From positions 1-64,000 of IMG/VR virus record IMGVR_UViG_3300030107_006644: 64,000 nucleotides of DNA. One strand, given 5' to 3'. The position numbers and the translations under genes are program-made. Position 1 is the first letter of the stretch. Each line of letters opens with the position of its first letter. Below, piece after piece: positions 51,210 to 59,438 of the stretch. The notes beneath the pieces are model-generated. The model searched no databases. It was not told where the DNA came from and was given only the letters and a program-made list of their open reading frames with translations.

Positions 51210-52142
51210 ATGATGAAAAAATTAAAAATTATTGAGCAGGTTTTAGGACAGTCAAGAAAGGTGAATGACGAGCAATTGTTCTTTTGCCCATACTGCTCTC
51301 ATCCTAAAAGAAAGCTCTCGGTAAACGTAGAGAAGAATGTTTTCAAATGTTGGGTTTGCGATTCGCATGGCCGAGACATTAGAAGGATGATTCGCAAATT
51401 TGGCACAATCAGCCAGCGAGAGGCTTGGGACGAGCTTACAAACCGCGTAGATATAACGGACTTTTCCAGCATTTTCGATGAGAAGCTTGAGGAACCCGAA
51501 GCCGTGACTGGGTTGCCGCAAGAGTTTAGATCCTTAGCAAACAAATCCACTCCGATTAGTGCGCTTCATGCAATACGGTATTTGCGGGAAAGAGATATCA
51601 CAAAAGAAGATATAGTTTTTTGGAAGATCGGTTATTGTAATAGTGGTGAGTATGGAGAGCGTATCGTAATACCCAGTTTTAATAACTCTGGCTATGTAAA
51701 CTATTTTGTAGCCAGAAGTTATACAAAGTATCAGGCAAGATACAAGAATCCGCCAGTATCAAGGGATATCTGTTTTAATGAGCTTTATATCGACTGGGAT
51801 AAAGACTTGGTTATCACGGAAGGGATCTTTGATGCGATTAAAGCTGGCCCAAACTCCGTACCGCTTTTAGGCTCAACACTTAGAGAAAATTCAAAGTTGT
51901 TCCAAAAAATTGTTACTCGCGATACTCCCGTATATATGGCTCTAGACGCAGACGCCAGCAAGAAAGAGAGTAGGATTATTAACCTTTTTCTTAAATACGA
52001 TATTGAAGTTTATAAGATAGACACATCAGGGGTCGACGATGTTGGTTCCATGACTCGCGAGCAGTTCCAGAGGAGAAAAGAAAAAGCAACCTTTATCCCT
52101 TCAGGCGACTATTTATTGAAGACGGCGTTATATAATTTATAA
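51210..52142 (+). CDS. DNA primase (zinc finger + TOPRIM)
   Basis: CPYC..H..LSVN..FKCWVC zinc finger, YL.ER, RIVIP, YKNP, ITEGIFD, LDAD, DVG. Confidence 0.9.
   Translation: MMKKLKIIEQVLGQSRKVNDEQLFFCPYCSHPKRKLSVNVEKNVFKCWVCDSHGRDIRRMIRKFGTISQREAWDELTNRVDITDFSSIFDEKLEEPEAVTGLPQEFRSLANKSTPISALHAIRYLRERDITKEDIVFWKIGYCNSGEYGERIVIPSFNNSGYVNYFVARSYTKYQARYKNPPVSRDICFNELYIDWDKDLVITEGIFDAIKAGPNSVPLLGSTLRENSKLFQKIVTRDTPVYMALDADASKKESRIINLFLKYDIEVYKIDTSGVDDVGSMTREQFQRRKEKATFIPSGDYLLKTALYNL
52109..52116 (+). promoter_or_regulatory. Candidate late-promoter motif CTATTTAT
   Basis: Near the primase 3' end, upstream of the leader-tagged gene cassette; identical octamer at 23483 and 59415. Confidence 0.35.
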
Positions 52143-52162
52143 TCGGCTACTGGAGGCTTGTT

Positions 52163-54220
52163 ATGTCAAGGTGGGGCAAACCAACCAAAAACAAAAGAAG
52201 AACTGATCCCCGATATCACTTAGAAGAAACTGTCGAAAAAGATGACAAGCGGGAGATTTTGCAAGAGCAACCCTCCGGCCTGCGAACTATGGGCAATGTA
52301 GACTCTTCTCAGTTTGTCGGTCCAACTCCGGGCGATCTGATTGATTTCGCCCAGCCACTTGCCGGCCCAGCCAATATGCAAACCGGAGAAGGCATGGCGT
52401 CTCAATACTTATACAATCCGATTTATGATATTGTGAGCAGTACGCCATTCGCCGGGCGCCAACACGCCCTCCAACGCCAAGCAGCCGCAGCGGCCGCCTT
52501 AGATCCTACAAACGTGCCCCCTATGCCAAGAAACGTGAGGACACATCCACCTCCAGCCCAAGCCCCTAACCGCTGGTATTCATCCAACAAGCTGCTCAAC
52601 CCCCGCTCAACGGGCCAAGCCATTGGCAGCCGTCTTCTGAGATGGGGAGGTCCAGCTGTTGGATACCTGCCTCAAGGCGTGATGTTGGCCGGCCAGTATC
52701 AAGGGATGGGAGCCGCAGAGGATGAAATGCATCGACTCGGCCTGCAGAGTAGTTTTATACAACACGGCGGCTATCAGCGACAAATTGATGCGAACCGTGA
52801 CGCACTCGCCGGCATGCCAACTGATACCGAAGAACAGAGGCAAGCGAGGGCAAGACAGGCCGGAATCGTCCAACAACAGCAGAATGCGCTCGACGCAAGA
52901 AATGCAGCAATTGAAGATCTGGCGTGGACCGGTGCATCTGTCGGCGCCACCGGCTACGGTATCGGCGTAGGTCAAGGCCCGCTTGCTAGGGGTGGCCAAA
53001 CAATTGCCAATCGAGGCTATTCTACAGCACTCGGCCGCGTATTTTCGGGAGGAGGAAATCCAGCCTTCAGAACCGGCGCCCAGCGCGCTCTGCCATGGCT
53101 CGGCCGCGCTGCTACCCGTGTAGCACTCCCGCTTGCTGCTGCCCAAGGCTTTGTAGATCTTGGACGAGCCGGCTACGAAGCCGGCGCCGCTTATGGAGCA
53201 CCTTGGGGAGACAGCAGCGAAGCCATCGGCTGGACAAATCCGGGGCAAATGGCCCAAGAAACAATTCTCCACAGCACCCTCGGCGGTGAGGATATATTAG
53301 ATAGAGATCCACGAGACGATAATGAAGCCCTTGCTAGAATTCGAGCCGCAGAAACAGAAGCCGGCCTTAGCACCGGCGACCACATTCGAAATTGGCGTCA
53401 ACACCAGTCAGAATATGAGCGCGATCACGGCGCCATGCCTGAGTACGAATTTGTGCCCGATCCGGAGACGCAAAGGCTTGTTCCTACTGCCGATTCCCGC
53501 AGAGCCCGCCACGATGCGCAGAGAAATGTCTATGCCAGACAGCACGGCTTTAATGATTGGGAGCAGGCAGCTGAAAGCGACACGGCGATGGGTAGACAAA
53601 TTAGGAGAACACGCGCAAGAGCTTCTCAGATGCGAGGCGAGGATCATGATTCTGGAGCACTCACGGGTGATATTGGATTTGATCGCGCCGGCGAACTCGG
53701 CTCACTAAACTTAGATGAGGGCAAAAGTAGAAAGGAGCAAAGATTGCTAATGGAAAATCAATATTCTAAAATGCAAAGATTAGCGGGGATCAAAAAGAAA
53801 AAGCCTCGCCTTAATGAGGATTTGCTAGGCCTTGTCTTATTCGCAGCTGCAAACGCTGCAGCTATCTATGCTGCGGTTGGCCGCCACAATTTGGCCATGG
53901 GCGAACTCGGTGCCGGTGAACCCCCATTGGCAAAAAAATGGGAAGAAACAAAGAGAGAAGCAGAGCAGAGTAATGCTCCTCTGCACGATATGCTTAAGGG
54001 AATCGAAGATATGGCAGAAAGTCAATCCGGACAGCTAACTCCACAACAGTATCAGCAGTTAGCTCAAGCTTTCGGAAATGATCCGGTTCTTATCGACATG
54101 CTAGATCAGTTTGATCGCGAGCAACTATATCCCGATGAAGCTAAACAATTGATTGATCAGATGGATCGTTACGTGCGATCTAAAATACAAGAATTACCCG
54201 ATGAGGGAGAAGAGGTTTAA
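52163..54220 (+). CDS. Hypothetical Gly/Ala/Gln-rich protein, candidate internal virion (ejected) protein
   Basis: GGAGG RBS; RRTDPRYHLEE and ILQE near N-terminus; internal KMQRLAGI and RLNE; hydrophobic Gly/Ala stretches. Confidence 0.6.
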   Translation: MSRWGKPTKNKRRTDPRYHLEETVEKDDKREILQEQPSGLRTMGNVDSSQFVGPTPGDLIDFAQPLAGPANMQTGEGMASQYLYNPIYDIVSSTPFAGRQHALQRQAAAAAALDPTNVPPMPRNVRTHPPPAQAPNRWYSSNKLLNPRSTGQAIGSRLLRWGGPAVGYLPQGVMLAGQYQGMGAAEDEMHRLGLQSSFIQHGGYQRQIDANRDALAGMPTDTEEQRQARARQAGIVQQQQNALDARNAAIEDLAWTGASVGATGYGIGVGQGPLARGGQTIANRGYSTALGRVFSGGGNPAFRTGAQRALPWLGRAATRVALPLAAAQGFVDLGRAGYEAGAAYGAPWGDSSEAIGWTNPGQMAQETILHSTLGGEDILDRDPRDDNEALARIRAAETEAGLSTGDHIRNWRQHQSEYERDHGAMPEYEFVPDPETQRLVPTADSRRARHDAQRNVYARQHGFNDWEQAAESDTAMGRQIRRTRARASQMRGEDHDSGALTGDIGFDRAGELGSLNLDEGKSRKEQRLLMENQYSKMQRLAGIKKKKPRLNEDLLGLVLFAAANAAAIYAAVGRHNLAMGELGAGEPPLAKKWEETKREAEQSNAPLHDMLKGIEDMAESQSGQLTPQQYQQLAQAFGNDPVLIDMLDQFDREQLYPDEAKQLIDQMDRYVRSKIQELPDEGEEV

Positions 54221-54221
54221 T

Positions 54222-55265
54222 ATGAGTGATTTTGATTTTATAGACCATTATGCGGAAGAAGAAGAAGCGGTAAATGAAAATATGCTGCCTGAAAACAGCG
54301 TTGTTTCTTCTTTGAATTGCGCAGTAATTGGTGTGGGAGGTGGAGGCGGAAAAATGGCCAAAGCCTTCCTTGAATTAGGGTTTAACAAGACCTTATTGGT
54401 GAATACTACATCCAAGGACATTCCTGAAGGAGTTGACGAACAACATGTTGTGTTGATTCCTGAAGCAGATGGTATTGGAAAGGATGTCGATCTTGGAAAA
54501 GCCGTATTTGAGGCAAATAGTGCCGTTGTCGAAGACGCCCTTAGAACGAAGCTGGGCCGCGTTGACTGGTTGTTTGTATGTGCAGGCGGAGGAGGAGGTA
54601 CAGGAAGCGCTGTGGCGTCCTTAAACGATGTTTTTGACCGCTATTTAAGCTCGGTACAAGCTGAAGGCCGCGTAATCTATGTGGTTTCTTGGCCAACGGC
54701 TCAAGAATGTCTCAACCCGACAATTAGCAAGAACGCATTATCTTTGGTGAATGATGTTTCGGAGCTTCCGCACGTTGTTTTGGATAATGAGAGGCAAGTT
54801 AAACTTCTGAGAGGAAAGGTTGGCATGCTAGGTATGTATCCTTTGGCCAATTCGTCTTTTGCAAAATTGTTAAGTCAAGTATTAAAGCTTTCATCCGAAC
54901 AATCTCCAATCCAATCGTTTGATTCAAAGGATCTGGAAAGGTGTCTCCGAACTGAAAAGAGAATGTTCGTGGGTTCGACCATGATTCAGAATCCAGCAAC
55001 ACCTAACTTGGGCTCGATGATTCTTCAGAATTGCCTGAAGCGTTCCCCGTGCCCTGCGCCACAAGGAAAACCATCGACTGGCTCGCTATTACTAGTTGTA
55101 AATTCGCAGATGGCAGGCGATCCTGAGATCAGCGCGCACCTAGACGCAGCAATTTCTTACGTCGGAGGAAGAACAGATACACTTTTTTCTGGAGTTTATA
55201 TAAATGAAAGTGTCCCCGGGCTAGTTGCGATACTACTTATGAATGGGTTGGAGAGTGGTCAATAA
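54222..55265 (+). CDS. Tubulin/FtsZ-family GTPase (PhuZ/TubZ/CetZ-like)
   Basis: VIGVGGGGGK (T1), VNT..D, GIGKD..G, AGGGGGTGS tubulin signature, LDNE, SFDSKDL (T7-like). Start moved from 54153 to ATG 54222 (GAGG RBS). Confidence 0.9.
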   Translation: MSDFDFIDHYAEEEEAVNENMLPENSVVSSLNCAVIGVGGGGGKMAKAFLELGFNKTLLVNTTSKDIPEGVDEQHVVLIPEADGIGKDVDLGKAVFEANSAVVEDALRTKLGRVDWLFVCAGGGGGTGSAVASLNDVFDRYLSSVQAEGRVIYVVSWPTAQECLNPTISKNALSLVNDVSELPHVVLDNERQVKLLRGKVGMLGMYPLANSSFAKLLSQVLKLSSEQSPIQSFDSKDLERCLRTEKRMFVGSTMIQNPATPNLGSMILQNCLKRSPCPAPQGKPSTGSLLLVVNSQMAGDPEISAHLDAAISYVGGRTDTLFSGVYINESVPGLVAILLMNGLESGQ

Positions 55266-55266
55266 A

Positions 55267-55623
55267 ATGAAAGAGAAAACGCTTGAACAAATAATCAGAG
55301 AAGAGCTTGGTAAATTCACAGAAGCAATCAGGTTTGGCTCTAGAGGAGAAGCTGAGGCTTATGGAGGCGACCAAACTGTCGTCCATGAGCCGGGAGACGA
55401 CGAGGGTGGATCCGCTGATCCGTCCGCTGGTCTAAGTGTTGATCGCAGTCCTGCAGAAGAGGCTGTCGAAGACAAGATCTATGATTTAGTTGATGCAATC
55501 AAGCAAATGGGTAAATCAAACCCAGACATGACAGACACCTATATTTACTTATTTAGAGCCCTGCAGCAAGCGGGAGTTAACGTTAGCAGTGTTGCAGTGT
55601 TAGCAGAAGGGAGAAGAAAATGA
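55267..55623 (+). CDS. Leader-tagged small protein (MKEKTLEQIIREEL)
   Basis: Shared N-terminal motif with downstream genes; start moved from 55243 to 55267. Confidence 0.7.
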   Translation: MKEKTLEQIIREELGKFTEAIRFGSRGEAEAYGGDQTVVHEPGDDEGGSADPSAGLSVDRSPAEEAVEDKIYDLVDAIKQMGKSNPDMTDTYIYLFRALQQAGVNVSSVAVLAEGRRK

Positions 55624-55724
55624 AGAAAGTATTACACAAATTAGCAAACCTATTTAATAGTGACCATTGTTGTTGCTGCTGCGGTTGTTGTAGTTGCGAC
55701 AACTGTTCGGGAGCATGTAAATGA
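55620..55724 (+). CDS. 34-aa Cys-rich micropeptide (metallothionein-like), not in ORF track
   Basis: MKKVLHKLANLFNSDHCCCCCGCCSCDNCSGACK*; ATGA overlaps at both ends fill the gap exactly; purine-rich RBS upstream. Confidence 0.75.
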   Translation: MKKVLHKLANLFNSDHCCCCCGCCSCDNCSGACK

Positions 55725-57235
55725 AATTAACCAGAAAACAACTTGAACAACAGGTTAGAGAGGCTCTTAAAAAGAGAACTCTTAATGAGAACGAACCACC
55801 CGCTGGGGAAGAGTCCGGTGCAGGATCCAGCCTCTTCGGTGATGGCAATACCTTCTTGGGCATGGAGCCCGATGAAGTGGCCACTGACATGGGCACCCCG
55901 GATGCCACCTTTAATGTTCAGGGCCTAGGGCAAGAACAGGGAGAATTCTTCACCGGCGCCACAGAGCCCAATCCCGCCGGCGGAGGATCATCGGGATTCG
56001 TCCGGACCTTCGATGATCGCGACCTAGCCGCGCAAGCACCAGCCGGTAATCTTAATCAACGCGCAAGAGCAGCCAGACGGTCTGGCGAATTGGTCAGTTA
56101 TGACGAACTGCCGATCAGCACTTCCGCGTATCGAACAGATCCGGAAACTGGCGATATTCGCGTTACGCGCGGGAAGTTCAGGGGCGCCCGTGTTGATCCT
56201 GCCACGATGCCGGGTAATGTGGCCCCGACTGTGCGAGTGACACCACAGGCGCAGGCCAGAAGAGATGCGGCTCGCCGCATTGCCCACGGTAGTTATCAGA
56301 CGCAACAAGGTTCTGGCCGCATTAATGAGGATAATGAGGATGACTACATGTCGCAAAAGACCTTTCCGGCGTTCTCGGCCCTCCCGGGAGAACAAAAACT
56401 CCCCGGCGAGAGCATTGTGGATCCACAAACAGGCGCCACATGGAGCACCGGGAATATCGGAGGAATCGAGCAGTGGATCGGCGGTGAAGGAAACACGGAC
56501 GAGGAAAAGGCTCAGTGGGAAAGGGAGAGGACATCAGATGCATCAGACGAGGCACTCTATCCGACCTCGCCCGCAAAAGTAGAAGATTCGAAACCAAGAC
56601 GCACCAGCCTCGCAGACAAGATTATGAACCCAGATCCCTTGGGCCACTTGCAAGAACGAAGAGAGGCCATGCAACGCAGACGAAGCCGCGTATCTCTTCC
56701 TCCTAAAACTCCCGCTATGCAGGCTATATACGAGAGGGCTGCAATGGGAGATCATCGCCTTAGATTCATGTTTGAGCATGCAGTCGCCGGAAACGCAAAG
56801 GCGCAGCAGTTTCTTAACGCTTTGGCTGAAACTCTTACCAAGAGTCAAATTCTAAAGGAGCAAGAAGCAGCACCTGAACCACCTCACGATTCCGGCCCTC
56901 CAAAAACCGACGAAGGTCTCAATATTGACGCGCTGGTTGAAGAATTGGAGTCGGTGGATGAGGGCATTGGCGCGTGGGCAATGAATAAAGCCGGCCTGAT
57001 TAGCGACGAGGATTACGCAAATCTTACCGCCGAATGGGGCAGACAACGCGCCGCCAAGCGAACGTTAGGAACCAGCGGGTCTGATATAAAGCTGGGCACT
57101 GGCAGAAAAAGCCAGATGGATCAAATCGACTGGAACCCGAAGCGAAAAGACGAGCTTAACGAATCCCAAGATCCCCTTAAGAGAATGCGAGATCTTGCAT
57201 TAAAATCATACGGGAGCTACAAGTATGAAGATTGA
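55721..57235 (+). CDS. Leader-tagged low-complexity protein (504 aa)
   Basis: MKLTRKQLEQQVREAL..LNE N-terminus; internal RINE, ILKE, LNE sites; C-terminal RMRDLAL. Confidence 0.7.
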   Translation: MKLTRKQLEQQVREALKKRTLNENEPPAGEESGAGSSLFGDGNTFLGMEPDEVATDMGTPDATFNVQGLGQEQGEFFTGATEPNPAGGGSSGFVRTFDDRDLAAQAPAGNLNQRARAARRSGELVSYDELPISTSAYRTDPETGDIRVTRGKFRGARVDPATMPGNVAPTVRVTPQAQARRDAARRIAHGSYQTQQGSGRINEDNEDDYMSQKTFPAFSALPGEQKLPGESIVDPQTGATWSTGNIGGIEQWIGGEGNTDEEKAQWERERTSDASDEALYPTSPAKVEDSKPRRTSLADKIMNPDPLGHLQERREAMQRRRSRVSLPPKTPAMQAIYERAAMGDHRLRFMFEHAVAGNAKAQQFLNALAETLTKSQILKEQEAAPEPPHDSGPPKTDEGLNIDALVEELESVDEGIGAWAMNKAGLISDEDYANLTAEWGRQRAAKRTLGTSGSDIKLGTGRKSQMDQIDWNPKRKDELNESQDPLKRMRDLALKSYGSYKYED

Positions 57236-57485
57236 TAGGAAGACATTGATGCGGATCCTTAGAGAAGAGCTATCTACCCACTATTCGCAAGATCTTAAAG
57301 AAGAGACGGATGCGAGCGGCATGTCAAAGAAAATGCACGATGCCTTAGAAGATGCTTCTGGTACAGCAAACATGGACACCGACATGGATACATCAGGCCT
57401 TCAATCAGACGGCGTTAGTTTGGATGAAGGACTCACAAGATTAATTCAATTAGCTGGCATAAGGAGCGCAAAAGATGAAGGTTAG
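57225..57485 (+). CDS. Leader-tagged small protein
   Basis: MKIDRKTLMRILREEL..LKEE; C-terminal LDE..RLIQLAGI; GGAG RBS. Confidence 0.7.
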   Translation: MKIDRKTLMRILREELSTHYSQDLKEETDASGMSKKMHDALEDASGTANMDTDMDTSGLQSDGVSLDEGLTRLIQLAGIRSAKDEG

Positions 57486-57879
57486 CAAAAAGCAATTTAA
57501 AGGTTTAGTTGCCGAAGCGTTAAAGACCGTTTTGGAGATTGAAGAGCCGCCATTTAGAACGGGGCTGAGCAAGGCCGACTGGGAAGGCCCGGGCGATCCC
57601 CGTGGTGCCGGCGCAGATCTTGATGTTTTCCCGGAAACTGAAGCTGAGAAGCTGGGAGATCGGATCGCCGCAGCTATGGAAGCTGGAATTAGAAATGTTT
57701 TAATGAGCCACTTGGGCGACCAAGAAGGCTTAACAGTATACGATAAGTATTTAGCCGATGTCGATGATGATATTCTGAGTATTGCTATGCACATGCGCGA
57801 TGCCGCGATGGACATGGTAGGAGAACCAGAAGGAATCACTGGCGACGAAGAAGACGAAGATTTACAGGAGGAATGGTAA
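57475..57879 (+). CDS. Leader-tagged acidic small protein
   Basis: MKVSKKQFKGLVAEAL; AAGGAG RBS. Confidence 0.7.
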   Translation: MKVSKKQFKGLVAEALKTVLEIEEPPFRTGLSKADWEGPGDPRGAGADLDVFPETEAEKLGDRIAAAMEAGIRNVLMSHLGDQEGLTVYDKYLADVDDDILSIAMHMRDAAMDMVGEPEGITGDEEDEDLQEEW

Positions 57880-58247
57880 TGCAAATAACCATCAAAAGAC
57901 TAAAAGAGATCATTAAAGAAGAGGTGGATTATTTCAACCAACTTCTCACAGAGCAGGGTCCGCCCCCCGGCGGCGGTATGCCGCCCGGAGCACCCCCTGT
58001 TGGAGGCCCTCCCCCCGGGATGGGTCCACCCCCCGGAGGCCCGCCTCCCGGCATGGGAGCCGCACCCGGAGGTCCGCCTCCCGGTGGAATGCCCCCCGGA
58101 GGCCCACCCTCCGGACCACCCGGCGGAGATCCCATTCAGGGTGCTATCGCAGCCCTTGAGGGTGGTGACGCCGCTTCAGCCCTTCAGATCCTTAAGTCGT
58201 TAGCTGGCCCACCCGCCGGCGGCGGTATGCCACCCGGCATGGGATAA
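57879..58247 (+). CDS. Leader-tagged Pro/Gly/Met-rich protein
   Basis: MQITIKRLKEIIKEEV..LLTE then GPPPGGGMPPG repeats; AGGAGG RBS, TAATG overlap (track start 57873). Confidence 0.7.
   Translation: MQITIKRLKEIIKEEVDYFNQLLTEQGPPPGGGMPPGAPPVGGPPPGMGPPPGGPPPGMGAAPGGPPPGGMPPGGPPSGPPGGDPIQGAIAALEGGDAASALQILKSLAGPPAGGGMPPGMG
57957..58244 (+). repeat. Low-complexity GC-rich coding repeat (GPPPG/MPPG units)
   Basis: About ten imperfect (G/M)PP(P)G units with varied codons. Confidence 0.8.
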
Positions 58248-58256
58248 ACATAGAGC

Positions 58257-58886
58257 ATGAAGCTCTTATTTGAAAACTGGCGTAAATTCCTAAAAGAAGA
58301 AAAATGGGAAGATTTCGACACCAATAAGGGCGAGTGGACTAATCTTTCTGCTAGCGATATTGAAGCTGCTAAAGATCCGGCAAATGTAGATATTACAGAC
58401 GAATTGCTGGCCCTAATAGACAATGCTTATAAAGATATTGGTGGAAATTTCGACTTCAGAAACCCCGGCGATATCCCCGGAGATGCTGATTTTTGGCTAG
58501 CGGTTGATTTGGACGACGATCCAGAGCCCGATGCAGTCAGGGTGGGCAAAACTAAGCCTGCAGGGCTTAAATTATCTGCTTCTGGTCATGATGGCTCTAG
58601 ACCGGCAATTGAGGCATTCAAGCAAAAGACCTCAGAATTATTAAGTACGCCCGGGCACTATGGTGAGATGTCAAAAGCCGCCGCACATGTGATGATTAAA
58701 TATTTTCAAGTGCCATTTGTCGCAGATCCAGAAATCGTGCAGAAAGTGCTGGGGCCCTCTAAACCTATTAAGTGGCTCGGACCACATCCAGAGGGTAAAT
58801 ATCCCGGATATGATGGTTGGTATACGAGAACCATTTCAGGTCACGAAGATGAAATGAAAATTATGCTGGGTACCCCCAACGCATAA
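58257..58886 (+). CDS. Leader-tagged protein (MKLLFENWRKFLKEE) with globular body
   Basis: Second leader type shared with 60194; body has LIDNAYKDIGG, SGHDG, GWYTR. Confidence 0.75.
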   Translation: MKLLFENWRKFLKEEKWEDFDTNKGEWTNLSASDIEAAKDPANVDITDELLALIDNAYKDIGGNFDFRNPGDIPGDADFWLAVDLDDDPEPDAVRVGKTKPAGLKLSASGHDGSRPAIEAFKQKTSELLSTPGHYGEMSKAAAHVMIKYFQVPFVADPEIVQKVLGPSKPIKWLGPHPEGKYPGYDGWYTRTISGHEDEMKIMLGTPNA

Positions 58887-58891
58887 TTTAC

Positions 58892-58920
58892 TTGCTTTCT
58901 CTATCCAAGTAGGTTATACT
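58892..58920 (+). promoter_or_regulatory. sigma70-type promoter (TTGCTT-N17-TATACT)
   Basis: Intergenic, 17-nt spacer, followed by AGGAG RBS and ATG 58939. Confidence 0.6.
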
Positions 58921-58938
58921 AATGGTATAGGAGTTAAC

Positions 58939-59400
58939 ATGAAAATAATGTTTTTGCACGGCTTAGAATCTAAACCCGGTGGTTCAAAGCCAACATATCT
59001 ATCATATCACGGGCACACAGTTCTAAACCCTTCACTGCCGAAAGACAGTTGGGATGACAGTGTAAAAATTGCCAGAGCCTTATTCGAACAGGAGCTACCA
59101 GATGTGGTTGTGGGCTCCTCAAGGGGAGGAGCAGTGGCAATAGCGGCTCGCTTGTCTGTGCCTAAGCTCGTGTTGGTCGCACCAGCTTGGGCCAAATATT
59201 GTCCGTGGGGAACAATTCCTTCTACGGCGACAATTTTACACTCTAAAAGCGATGATATTGTTCCGTACTCTGATAGCGAGCTTTTAGCCCACACGTTTGG
59301 CGCCGAACTAATTGAGACCGGCGCCGACCATCGCATGAATGATGAGTTCGCATTAGAAAAAATGCTTGAGGTAATAAATAGAGGTCAAAATTTGTCATAA
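58939..59400 (+). CDS. Small alpha/beta hydrolase (YqiA/UPF0227-like esterase)
   Basis: FLHGLES, nucleophile elbow GSSRGG, LVAPA, HS..DDIV, DH catalytic His. Confidence 0.85.
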   Translation: MKIMFLHGLESKPGGSKPTYLSYHGHTVLNPSLPKDSWDDSVKIARALFEQELPDVVVGSSRGGAVAIAARLSVPKLVLVAPAWAKYCPWGTIPSTATILHSKSDDIVPYSDSELLAHTFGAELIETGADHRMNDEFALEKMLEVINRGQNLS

Positions 59401-59414
59401 AGGTTTATTTCTAT

Positions 59415-59422
59415 CTATTTAT
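59415..59422 (+). promoter_or_regulatory. Candidate late-promoter motif CTATTTAT
   Basis: Intergenic, just upstream of the AAGGTGAGG RBS of 59439, where the leader-tagged cassette resumes. Confidence 0.45.
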
Positions 59423-59438
59423 AAGGTGAGGAATAAAA

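Noticed and set aside
54222-55265. Host cell-division ftsZ
   Set aside because: No dcw neighbours, lacks the FtsZ C-terminal linker and conserved peptide, and has divergent T7 and PF.FEG regions
55668-55700. Non-coding TGY microsatellite
   Set aside because: Falls in frame within a doubly coupled small ORF with mixed Cys codons, so a coding explanation fits better
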